Below are positions 48,385 to 56,996 of a DNA stretch of 64,000 nucleotides, one piece after another. Source of the stretch: Desulfurococcales archaeon (lineage in GTDB: Archaea > Thermoproteota > Thermoprotei_A > Sulfolobales > NBVN01); contig WAKQ01000009.1 in assembly GCA_015523295.1 (NCBI GenBank), positions 12,805 through 76,804 on the forward strand. Reading direction: 5' to 3'. How positions within the stretch are numbered: position 1 is the stretch's first letter; each line of letters opens with the position of its first letter. Made by a program: the position numbers and the translations under genes. The notes under the pieces are model-generated. The model searched no databases. It had not been told where the DNA came from and saw nothing but the letters and a program-made list of their open reading frames with translations.

Positions 48385-49002
48385 TTAATTCTCCATGGAG
48401 TTTAAGCGCTCAATAAAATCCAACAGGACCTCAATCACCTCTCTATGCATGAATCTCTGCAGATCTTTAATTCTAGAGTCGCTGAAAGGATATACCACTC
48501 TCTTCTCATTCACATTGACTATATGCGTCACCTTAGTGAAGGATGTCCCTAAAAGATCCCAAGGCATTACCGGCCTTAAATTCCAGGAGTCATACATCTT
48601 CTTCCTAATGTACCTAAGGGCATCTTCTGTGACTCCATTCTCGGTGATCAATACTATATTGTAGAAGTAGAACGTAGCTGGCTTTTTCGGCTTTCTTTTC
48701 TCGAATAATTTATTGATGAGTTTAGCGCTCTCCTGCGTTATGAAGTCTGCACGCTTGATAAGCATGAATATAGCTCTATTCTTGACGCCTACCTTGCTGA
48801 GTTTCTTAAATGCCTCGAAGGTATCTGGGCCGATATTGGTTATTTCAAACCCCCTATTTCTTAACTCCTCTAGGAGGAGGCCTAAAGCAGTCGAAGACCT
48901 CGTCTTCAGCACCCAATAAGTTATTAAGTTATACAGTAGATTAATTAAACCCGTAAATGTTGGTAGAATGCCGTATCTAGGAATCTGTTCAATTACAGTC
49001 AT
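48385..49002 (-). CDS. Hypothetical protein (205 aa), orphan, flanked by AT-rich spacers
   Basis: An ORF only. One N-terminal hydrophobic segment. No motif recognised. Confidence 0.4.
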   Translation of the reverse strand: MTVIEQIPRYGILPTFTGLINLLYNLITYWVLKTRSSTALGLLLEELRNRGFEITNIGPDTFEAFKKLSKVGVKNRAIFMLIKRADFITQESAKLINKLFEKRKPKKPATFYFYNIVLITENGVTEDALRYIRKKMYDSWNLRPVMPWDLLGTSFTKVTHIVNVNEKRVVYPFSDSRIKDLQRFMHREVIEVLLDFIERLNSMEN

Positions 49003-49121
49003 TAAATTTTAGGAGAAAACTTGCTTCTTAATGTTTTTCACGAGACTTTTTTACTATACGGGTAAGATCTTTAAAGCTAAACTTTTATATTGGTAACTGC
49101 TCTTAATATAAATGTGATATC

Positions 49122-51530
49122 TTGCCCGACAGTTATAAATATGTAGGTAGTAAAGTCCAGCGAATTGATAAGGACAAAGTTTTAGGTGGTGCTGAGTTCG
49201 CCTACGATTTTGAGTTACCTGGTATGCTGTGGGCTAAGCTGGTAGGCAGTCCATACCCCCACGCAAAAATAGTATCTGTGGATTATAGTGATGCCTTGAA
49301 GGTTCCTGGGGTTGTGGCAGTATTCACGGGGGAGGACTTTCCCTTCAAAGTAGGTCTCTATGCTGCAGATAGAGACGTTCTAGCTAGGAAGAAGGCCCTC
49401 TACTATGGTCATCCTGTAGCTGCTGTTATAGCGGAATCTCTTGATGCGGCTGAGGAAGCAGCTACGAAGATACAGGTTGAGTATGAGCCTCTCCCCTACT
49501 CCCTTAAGGTCGAGGACTCGCTTAAGCCGGATGCACCGATAATACATGAGGAGATGCACACCTACAAACACGCGGTCTTCATTTACCCCAAGCCAGGCAC
49601 GAATATAGCCCATCAGACGAAAGTGAGGAAAGGTAATGTTGAGGAGGCGTTCTCCAAAGCGGACGTCGTGGTTGAAAAGGTCTATAGGGAGCCACTCCTA
49701 TCACACTATTACTTGGAGCCATGGACAGGCATTGCAAGGGTGAGAAGCGATGGAACTGTAGAGGTTTGGTCCTCTCATCAATCACCTTTCGCTGTGAGGG
49801 AGCTTCTTTCAAAATCCCTAAGCATACCCATGAATAAGTTAGTGGTTCACCACCTTTACACTGGCGGGGGCTTCGGAGGTAAGGCAGGGCTGCTCCTAGA
49901 GCATTTGCCGATACTCTTCTCTAAAAAGCTCGGTGGGAGGCCCGTAAAACTCAGGTTAACTGCAAGGGAGAACTTCTTCTATATGGCTCAAAGAGCGGGC
50001 TACCTGATAAAGATGAAGACCGGTGCAACCAAGGACGGGAAGCTGATAGCACACTGGGGAGAGTATTACCTTGACGCAGGCGCATACGCTGATTACACCG
50101 TCAACATGGCAAGGGCCATAGGTTTAACGGCTACAGGCCCCTACGAAATACCTAATATACATGTGGACTCCTTCGCGGTTTACACGAATAAAGTACCTAC
50201 GACAGCATTCAGAGGATTCACTATGCAGGAGCTTCACTACGCGTTCGAGTCTCAGATAGATGAGCTCGCCCATAAGTTGGGGATGGATCCAGCTGAGTTC
50301 AGATTGCTTAACGTCTTCAAACCAGGGATCTCTAGAACAGCTATAGGTGAGAGACTTAAGGAAGATGCAGGAGACCCGGCCACCCCTATCAAGGAAGTGG
50401 TTAAGATGCTGTCTGAGGATGATGAGAAGCCAAAGAAGCCATGGATTGTTAGAGGTAAGGGTATCGCTGCCTTCTGGAAGGGACCCTTCCAGCCCTCTAG
50501 CGCGGCTTCATCAGCTATCGTTAAGGTCAATGACGACGGCACTGTAGACGTATTGGTAGGTACTGGTGCCATGGGACAGGGCACTATTACGGCACTAACT
50601 CAGATAGTTGCTGAGGAGCTGGGCATACCTCCCGAGATAATAAGAGTATCACCTCATAGGAGCACGGATATGGTTCCATACACGTGGCAGACCGTGGGTT
50701 CAAGAGGGCTGTTCTCGGAGGGTATGTCAGTAATCATGGCTTGCGAAGACCTAATAGAGCAGGTTAGGGAGGTGGCTTCAATAGTCTTTGACGTGAATAA
50801 GAACATGATCGAATACTCTGAAGGGAAGGCATGCGTGAAGGGCGAGCCATGGCATTGTATAACCTTAAAGGAGGCGGCGCTAGGTTATATGAATCCTAAA
50901 GGCGTCACGGTTGGCGGTCCCTTAATTGGCAGAGGCTACTACGTCCCTCCAAGAAACGTGTTGACGGACCCTGAGACGGGACAGGTTCTTGAAGAGGGCC
51001 ACTTAGCTCCCTTCTACACCTTCGGCGCTGGAGGTGTTGAAATAGAGATAAACCTCCTGACCGGCGAGATAAAGGTGCTCAAGGCTGTGTCAGTGTACGA
51101 TACCCCTGCAGTCAACCCCGGCCTAGCTGAAGGGCAGGTCGTGGGAGGAACTGTGATGGGTTTAAACATAGCCATGAGGGAGCGCCTTATCTACGATGAG
51201 GAAGGGGAATACAAGGGTGTCTTTCCCGAAGGAATGCTGTTAAATCCGTGCCTCACAGGTTACCTTCTTGCTAGAGCCAGTGACATACCTGAGAAAATAG
51301 AGTTCAAGTTCTTAGGTGTGAAGCAGAAGGACGCTCCCTTCGGCGCTAAGGGTATCGCAGAGCTTACGATGATTCCATGGCCTGCAGCGCTCGCCAACGC
51401 TATCTACAATGCCATAGGTGTAAGGATAACTGAACTCCCGATAACTCCAGACAAACTCATTGAGGAGATCAGGAAGCAGAAGCCTGAGCTACTGGAGCAA
51501 GCTGAGAAGTACTTGGAGGTGAATCTCTGA
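49122..51530 (+). CDS. Molybdenum hydroxylase large (molybdopterin-binding) subunit, xanthine dehydrogenase/aldehyde oxidoreductase family
   Basis: N-terminus VGSKVQRIDKDKVLGGAEFAYD, TAFRGFT, and C-terminal GAKGIAE catalytic-Glu motif. The CO-dehydrogenase AYRCSFR loop is absent. Confidence 0.85.
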   Translation: MPDSYKYVGSKVQRIDKDKVLGGAEFAYDFELPGMLWAKLVGSPYPHAKIVSVDYSDALKVPGVVAVFTGEDFPFKVGLYAADRDVLARKKALYYGHPVAAVIAESLDAAEEAATKIQVEYEPLPYSLKVEDSLKPDAPIIHEEMHTYKHAVFIYPKPGTNIAHQTKVRKGNVEEAFSKADVVVEKVYREPLLSHYYLEPWTGIARVRSDGTVEVWSSHQSPFAVRELLSKSLSIPMNKLVVHHLYTGGGFGGKAGLLLEHLPILFSKKLGGRPVKLRLTARENFFYMAQRAGYLIKMKTGATKDGKLIAHWGEYYLDAGAYADYTVNMARAIGLTATGPYEIPNIHVDSFAVYTNKVPTTAFRGFTMQELHYAFESQIDELAHKLGMDPAEFRLLNVFKPGISRTAIGERLKEDAGDPATPIKEVVKMLSEDDEKPKKPWIVRGKGIAAFWKGPFQPSSAASSAIVKVNDDGTVDVLVGTGAMGQGTITALTQIVAEELGIPPEIIRVSPHRSTDMVPYTWQTVGSRGLFSEGMSVIMACEDLIEQVREVASIVFDVNKNMIEYSEGKACVKGEPWHCITLKEAALGYMNPKGVTVGGPLIGRGYYVPPRNVLTDPETGQVLEEGHLAPFYTFGAGGVEIEINLLTGEIKVLKAVSVYDTPAVNPGLAEGQVVGGTVMGLNIAMRERLIYDEEGEYKGVFPEGMLLNPCLTGYLLARASDIPEKIEFKFLGVKQKDAPFGAKGIAELTMIPWPAALANAIYNAIGVRITELPITPDKLIEEIRKQKPELLEQAEKYLEVNL

Positions 51531-51540
51531 GGTGATCCCC

Positions 51541-52476
51541 ATGAGTGTAGGGAACACACGTAAGGAGAGCGCCGTCGTCCTTTGGAGAGAGTATTTCCCC
51601 AGGTATGAGTACTTTAAAGTGTCCTCTTTAGAGGAGGCACTAAAGCTTAAGGCAGAGTACGGTGAGAACGCGTATATTGGAGCAGGCTTCACGTGCTTAA
51701 CGAGGAGAATGAGAGCTGGGAAAATCTTCCCCAAGTACATCATAGATATTAAAGGTGTTGAAGAACTCAAGAAAATTGAATCCAATGGAGACGAGATCTT
51801 CATAGGTTCAGCGGTGACCTTCCATGAGCTCAAGGCCAATTCTTTGATAGCGGAGCACCTCCCAGCCTTGAGGGATGCCGCGCTCGGTTACGGGGATCTA
51901 GAGCTGAGCTATAGGGCCACAATAGGGGGCAATATAGGTAATGCATCACCGCAGGCTGACTCAGCAGCCCCCCTCTTAGTCTACAGGGCGAGAGTAGTAC
52001 TGAAGAGTTTAAGTGGGGAGAGGGAGCTCCCGCTCGAAGAGTTTATCGTGGGAGTCAATAAGACGGCAATAAAGCCTGATGAAATAATTACGGGATTCAG
52101 AATACCCCACCCTCCAGCAGGGAGTAAGTCAGGTTACCTGAAATTCAAACGGTCTGCAGAGGATAGAGCTGTAGTTGGGATAGCAGCATTAGTAGCTAAT
52201 ATCAAGGAACCCAGCCAGAGGACGGTGAGGCTGGCGTACGTATCTATAGCTAAGACTCCTGTCTACTTGAGGGAAGCGGAGGAGATATTCAAGAAGGATG
52301 AGCCGATCAATAAATTAATCAATGAGGCGGTGGAAGCTGCGCAGTCAAAGTACGACATGCCCGTTGGTAAGAGAGGGATAGATCTCAGGGCTACTAAGGA
52401 GTACAGGCTCCACCTAATTAAAATAGGTACTAAGGCTTTGCTCAAGAAACTAATTGAGGGTGTGGAGGTGTTATGA
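51541..52476 (+). CDS. Molybdenum hydroxylase FAD-binding medium subunit (CoxM/CutB-like)
   Basis: FAD-binding PCMH-type pattern (IGAGFT..., ATIGGNIGNASP). The ATG at 51541 follows a GAGGTGAT ribosome-binding site. Confidence 0.85.
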   Translation: MSVGNTRKESAVVLWREYFPRYEYFKVSSLEEALKLKAEYGENAYIGAGFTCLTRRMRAGKIFPKYIIDIKGVEELKKIESNGDEIFIGSAVTFHELKANSLIAEHLPALRDAALGYGDLELSYRATIGGNIGNASPQADSAAPLLVYRARVVLKSLSGERELPLEEFIVGVNKTAIKPDEIITGFRIPHPPAGSKSGYLKFKRSAEDRAVVGIAALVANIKEPSQRTVRLAYVSIAKTPVYLREAEEIFKKDEPINKLINEAVEAAQSKYDMPVGKRGIDLRATKEYRLHLIKIGTKALLKKLIEGVEVL

Positions 52477-52477
52477 G

Positions 52478-52960
52478 ATGAAGCCGGTGAGAATAACCTT
52501 AACGGTTAACGGGATTAAGAGAGAGCTCGACGTCATGCCTAACGAGAGCCTGCTGCACGTGCTGAGGGACAGGCTCCATATAATCAGCGTTAAGGGTAAC
52601 TGCTTCAGGGGCGAGTGCGGTATCTGTACAGTGCTGATGAATGGAAGGCCCGTTAAGTCATGTCAGGTTCTAGCACCCGAGGCCGACGGCTCAGAAATAG
52701 TGACTCTAGAAGGCCTCGTTAAGAATGGTGAGCCCTCCTTAGTTCAGAAGGCGTTCCTCGAGGAGTTCGGATATCAGTGCGGCTTCTGCACATCAGCATT
52801 CGTCCTCCTAGGGGAGTGGATAATAAATAACATACCGAATCCTACGGAGGAGCAAATAAAGGAGGTACTCAACGCTGTTGTGTGTAGATGCACGGGCTAT
52901 CAGCAGATAATAAAAGCAATCATGAAGGCCGCTCAATGGAAACGAGAAGGTAAAAGCTAA
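52478..52960 (+). CDS. Molybdenum hydroxylase [2Fe-2S] small subunit (CoxS/CutC-like)
   Basis: CFRGECGICTV, CGFCTSAF and CRCTGY cluster motifs. The ATG at 52478 follows GGAGGTG. Confidence 0.9.
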   Translation: MKPVRITLTVNGIKRELDVMPNESLLHVLRDRLHIISVKGNCFRGECGICTVLMNGRPVKSCQVLAPEADGSEIVTLEGLVKNGEPSLVQKAFLEEFGYQCGFCTSAFVLLGEWIINNIPNPTEEQIKEVLNAVVCRCTGYQQIIKAIMKAAQWKREGKS

Positions 52961-53094
52961 GGATCCTTAGTCAAATTTCTTTTTTATTATGTAATGTTAT
53001 TAAATAAAAATCTTATTGAATAACTACTAGCAGTTTGCAGTATATTCAGATTATCTGCGGCGATATCTACATATCCCTCCTTCATATCTTTAGG

Positions 53095-54015
53095 ATGGGG
53101 GTAGTGTTGGAAGCGATGACTCACTACGTAAGTGTTAAGGGGCGTTCATTCATAGTACGGCCTCCGGCCACGCCAGAGGAACATATAGAGCTTATGGAGC
53201 TCGAGAGGCTTATCTGGGGAAGCGATTATAGGGATGTAGTTCCCTATCACATAACTATCCCTTTGGCTGAGATGGGGGGCGTTGTCCTAGGCGTCTATGA
53301 GGTTGGCATCGGGAAAGCCGTAGGTGTTCTCGTTATGTTTCCAGCCATTAGTGAGGGTAAGGTACATTATCACTCGCACATCCTGGGCTTCCTGAAAGAG
53401 TATAGGGGCCAGGGGCTCGGCACTAAGATTAAAGAGATTCAGAGAATGATATCCATTCAACGTGGAATAGACTTAATTACTTGGACCTTTGACCCTCTCC
53501 TCCTCAGCAATGCTTGGTTAAATATAGTGAAGATGGGCGTGGTCGTTAAGGAGTACAGAATTAACTATTACGGCGTCGGCGCTTTCGAGTATAACAGGGG
53601 TGTTGAGACAGATCGCTTCATGGCTGAATGGCATCTTAAATCAGAAAGAGTTAAGAGAAGGTTGGATAAGGGGGAGCTGAAGGTTCAAACTCTCAGTCAC
53701 TATATCAATGATGTAGGTGCGGAAATAGTTCTTGACGCTGATATAGTCGATGGTTACCTCAAACCGGGTAAGCCTAAGCTTACTTCAAGGAATGACGTAT
53801 TGCTCGTTAGAATACCTGATAACTTCGTGAAAATTCTCACGAGCTCGCTAAGTTTAGCTAATGAATGGAGGTTGAAGAGTAGATTGGCTCTCAGGCACTA
53901 TCTCCTTAGGAAGTACGTAGTTATCGACATCACAGCAGATGAATCCAGAGAGCGTTACTATTATGTTATGTGGAAGAACGGCTATGAGAGAGCTCTAGAA
54001 GGTGAGCTTCCATGA
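53095..54015 (+). CDS. GNAT-superfamily acyltransferase-like protein (COG3375-type)
   Basis: The pattern ...HSHILGFLKEYRGQGLGTKIK... (Q/RxxGxG/A) is typical of GNAT. The stop overlaps the next start. Confidence 0.55.
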   Translation: MGVVLEAMTHYVSVKGRSFIVRPPATPEEHIELMELERLIWGSDYRDVVPYHITIPLAEMGGVVLGVYEVGIGKAVGVLVMFPAISEGKVHYHSHILGFLKEYRGQGLGTKIKEIQRMISIQRGIDLITWTFDPLLLSNAWLNIVKMGVVVKEYRINYYGVGAFEYNRGVETDRFMAEWHLKSERVKRRLDKGELKVQTLSHYINDVGAEIVLDADIVDGYLKPGKPKLTSRNDVLLVRIPDNFVKILTSSLSLANEWRLKSRLALRHYLLRKYVVIDITADESRERYYYVMWKNGYERALEGELP

Positions 54016-55130
54016 GGCTCAAGAAAATAATATTGCATCACTTAAGAATGCCTATGAAGGAGACCTTTAAGACTGCCATCAGCGTCGACGTGGTCAGGGA
54101 GACTCTCATTGTTGAAGCATGGGAGAAGTCAGGTGAGATCGGTTGGGGGGAGGTAGTTGCCGATGTAGCACCATGGTATAGCTGTGAAACGGTGGCCACC
54201 GCATGGCACATCGTTAAGGACTTCATAGCGCCTACGTTAAAGGGTAAGGAAGTGACTCCAATGACTTTCAAGGAGATGGTCTCCGGAATAAGGGGTCATA
54301 GAATGGCGAAGGCCGGAGTAGAATTCGCCCTCTGGGACATTGAAGGTAAGCTTAGGGGGAAGCCCCTACGTGAGCTAATAGGTGGCGTGAAGGAGAGAGT
54401 GGAGATCGGGCTGAGTGTCGGAGTCATAGGTGATGAAGATCTTCTATTAAAGACGGTGATGAAAGGCTTGGAAGCAGGGTTTAGGAGAATAAAGCTTAAG
54501 GTGAAGCCGGGATGGGTGATAAGGCCCGTGAAGAGGGTGAGAGCCGAGTTCGGGAATATCCCCCTCCAAGTTGACGCGAACGGGTCCTTCAACTTCACTG
54601 AAGAGCATATAGCTATTTTAAGGAAGCTAGACTCCTATGATTTACTCATGATTGAACAGCCTTTACACCACGAGGATCTCCTCCAGCACTCAAAGCTACA
54701 GAAAATGCTGAAGACGCCAATATGTCTTGATGAGAGCATACGTTCTTTAATGGATGCCAGAGCCGCTCACGAACTAGGTGCCTGTAAGGTGATTAACATA
54801 AAGCCCGGTAGAGTGGGTGGTCTCCTTGAGACTTTAAGGATACACGATTATGCTCTGAAGTCAGGTATTCCCGTATGGATAGGCGGCATGCTTGAGTCAG
54901 GGGTGGGCAGGGCTTACGCAATAGCTGCAGCTACATTACCTGGAATTAGATATCCTAACGACATATCGCCAAGTGATAGGTTCTGGGTAAAGGACATAGT
55001 TGAGCCTCCTTGGAGGATGATGGGTGACGGCACTATTGAAGCGCCTAAGAAGCCTGGGATAGGCGTGGAGGTCTTAGAGAGGGTTCTCAGGTCTTATGAG
55101 GTTAGATCAGTAGGTATAGAACTCAACTAG
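54012..55130 (+). CDS. Enolase-superfamily enzyme: o-succinylbenzoate synthase / N-acylamino-acid racemase (MenC/NSAR-like)
   Basis: KLKV (KxK), VDANGSF, MIEQPL and CLDES motifs are spaced as in the MLE subgroup of the enolase superfamily. Confidence 0.8.
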   Translation: MRLKKIILHHLRMPMKETFKTAISVDVVRETLIVEAWEKSGEIGWGEVVADVAPWYSCETVATAWHIVKDFIAPTLKGKEVTPMTFKEMVSGIRGHRMAKAGVEFALWDIEGKLRGKPLRELIGGVKERVEIGLSVGVIGDEDLLLKTVMKGLEAGFRRIKLKVKPGWVIRPVKRVRAEFGNIPLQVDANGSFNFTEEHIAILRKLDSYDLLMIEQPLHHEDLLQHSKLQKMLKTPICLDESIRSLMDARAAHELGACKVINIKPGRVGGLLETLRIHDYALKSGIPVWIGGMLESGVGRAYAIAAATLPGIRYPNDISPSDRFWVKDIVEPPWRMMGDGTIEAPKKPGIGVEVLERVLRSYEVRSVGIELN

Positions 55131-55132
55131 TT

Positions 55133-56119
55133 TTAGGTGGCTACTCTATCGTTTATCTGTTGTATCAGCTGATGGAACCTGGCTTTAGGGATCCTAGCAC
55201 CAGCAGCCTCAGGATGCCCGCCCCCACTACCACCTAACAGAAGGGTCACCTTTCTTAGCATGCGGTCAAGATCTATTACACCTTTAACAGCCCTTAAACT
55301 CATAACGAGAGTCTCCCCTCGAGTCTCAGCAGCTATGCCGACCTTCTTCCCCGTCAATCCCATAGCGTAGGTAGCTGCTATGCCAATGCTACCAGGCGGG
55401 TCAACCACGTAAGCCACTTCACCCTCAACCCTGACGTTAGCCTTGACCCATTTATATAATTCTTCATTGTTAACGGCCTCAATGAGGGCCCTCACAAGCA
55501 GCTCACTTAGCATTGAGGGTCTGAGATTCTTAGAGAGGTGCTCCACCACATGTCTTTTAAAGTCATGCATCCTTCTCGAGCCTTCAAGCCCCTGAACTAG
55601 GACTCCGGCCTCGAAATAGATCTGCCTTTTATCCCATCTGCCTAGGGCCTCCTTAACCCATGAGGTTTGGTCAGCGTAATCGCCTATGCATCCATATAGG
55701 GCGACCCTGTCGTAGTCCCTTGGTAAGTGCTTACTGAATCTACGGAAGACAAGCTCTGATGAGGAAGCGTCTTCCCCATTAGGCGGCCTCACAAACTCAA
55801 CGTTGAAAGCTTCCAATGAAGCACTGAGTGGGGGTGGATGATGATCCACGAATGTGATATTCCCTGGGTAGTTCCTAAAGGTTGAAATTAGCTCATTTGC
55901 ATGTGCCTCGTTAATAGCTATGTCAACTATGACCACATCACCTTCGGCGAACTCCCTAAAATCGTTGAGGAGCCCTACAGGATGAGTGAAAAACACTTTT
56001 ACCTCATCGTAGCTTCCTCTGAAGGCAGCCACTGTGAGGGCCGCAGAAGCTACACCGTCTGAGTCGCCGTGTGCAAGGACTGTGAGAACCTTATGATGTT
56101 TGTTGCTGGTTAAAGCCCA
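55133..56119 (-). CDS. DHH/DHHA1 family phosphoesterase; start codon unresolved (possible frameshift)
   Basis: DHHA1 motif GGSGGGHPEAAG. DHH motif I LAHGDSDGVASAAL is encoded at about 56042-56080, upstream of the first in-frame ATG/GTG/TTG (GTG at 56032). The frame is open back to the TGA at 56120-56122. Confidence 0.7.
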   Translation of the reverse strand, partial: WALTSNKHHKVLTVLAHGDSDGVASAALTVAAFRGSYDEVKVFFTHPVGLLNDFREFAEGDVVIVDIAINEAHANELISTFRNYPGNITFVDHHPPPLSASLEAFNVEFVRPPNGEDASSSELVFRRFSKHLPRDYDRVALYGCIGDYADQTSWVKEALGRWDKRQIYFEAGVLVQGLEGSRRMHDFKRHVVEHLSKNLRPSMLSELLVRALIEAVNNEELYKWVKANVRVEGEVAYVVDPPGSIGIAATYAMGLTGKKVGIAAETRGETLVMSLRAVKGVIDLDRMLRKVTLLLGGSGGGHPEAAGARIPKARFHQLIQQINDRVAT

Positions 56120-56194
56120 TCACCGGTATCAACTTCACTTTAACTTATTAACACTTTAGAATTTCCCATAATGTGATATTGCGAATGAGGTGTA

Positions 56195-56926
56195 ATGATG
56201 CTGAGAGACGATATAATACTGAAGGCAGTTAACCTGAAAAAAGCCTACCGGGTAGGGGACGTAGTCACTTGGGGGTTGAGAGGAGTTAACTTGGAAGTAA
56301 GGAGAGGAGAGTTCATATCTATTATGGGTCCATCAGGTTCTGGGAAGACAACACTCTTAAACATGATAGGGATACTGGATAAGCCGACAAAAGGTGATAT
56401 AATTATTGATGGAGTTAGGGTTTCAAAGCTATCCAGTAAGGAAATGGCTAAACTGAGAAACAGGAAGATAGGCTTCGTTTTCCAACAGTTCAACCTAATC
56501 TCAAGGCTCACCGTTTATGAGAATATTGAACTCCCCCTTGTCGCTCGGGGGATGAAGAGGCATCTCAGACGTAGGATGGTTGTCGATGCATTGAAGATGG
56601 CTGCTGGTGACCTAACATGGCTGAAGAAGAAGCCGAACCAGCTTTCTGGAGGTCAGCAACAGAGGGTCGCGATAGCCAGGGCTTTAGTCAATAATCCAGC
56701 TATAATACTGGCGGACGAGCCGACAGGAGCATTAGATAGGTCGTCAGCAAAGGCAGTACTACAGACCTTCGTCAACGTCAACAAGCATGGTCAGACAGTC
56801 ATCGTAGTAACGCATGATCCAGAGGTGGCCAACTGCTCAAACAGGATACTCATCATAAGGGATGGCATTATTGTTAAGGAAGAGGAACCATGCTGGGATA
56901 AATGCATAATTAACACTGTCAAATAG
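56195..56926 (+). CDS. MacB/LolD-type ABC transporter ATP-binding protein
   Basis: Walker A GPSGSGKTT, signature LSGGQQQRVAIARAL, Walker B ILADEPTGALD. Confidence 0.9.
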   Translation: MMLRDDIILKAVNLKKAYRVGDVVTWGLRGVNLEVRRGEFISIMGPSGSGKTTLLNMIGILDKPTKGDIIIDGVRVSKLSSKEMAKLRNRKIGFVFQQFNLISRLTVYENIELPLVARGMKRHLRRRMVVDALKMAAGDLTWLKKKPNQLSGGQQQRVAIARALVNNPAIILADEPTGALDRSSAKAVLQTFVNVNKHGQTVIVVTHDPEVANCSNRILIIRDGIIVKEEEPCWDKCIINTVK

Positions 56927-56996
56927 TTTCCTCCATAGATGGACGAATATGTATATTTATATATCTTCAGATAATTACCTGGTTAGGTGGTGAGAT

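Noticed and set aside
49122-52960. Aerobic carbon monoxide dehydrogenase (CoxLMS).
   Set aside because: The large subunit has TAFRGFT where form I CODH has the AYRCSFR active-site loop with the Cu-binding Cys. It is called only as a generic molybdenum hydroxylase.
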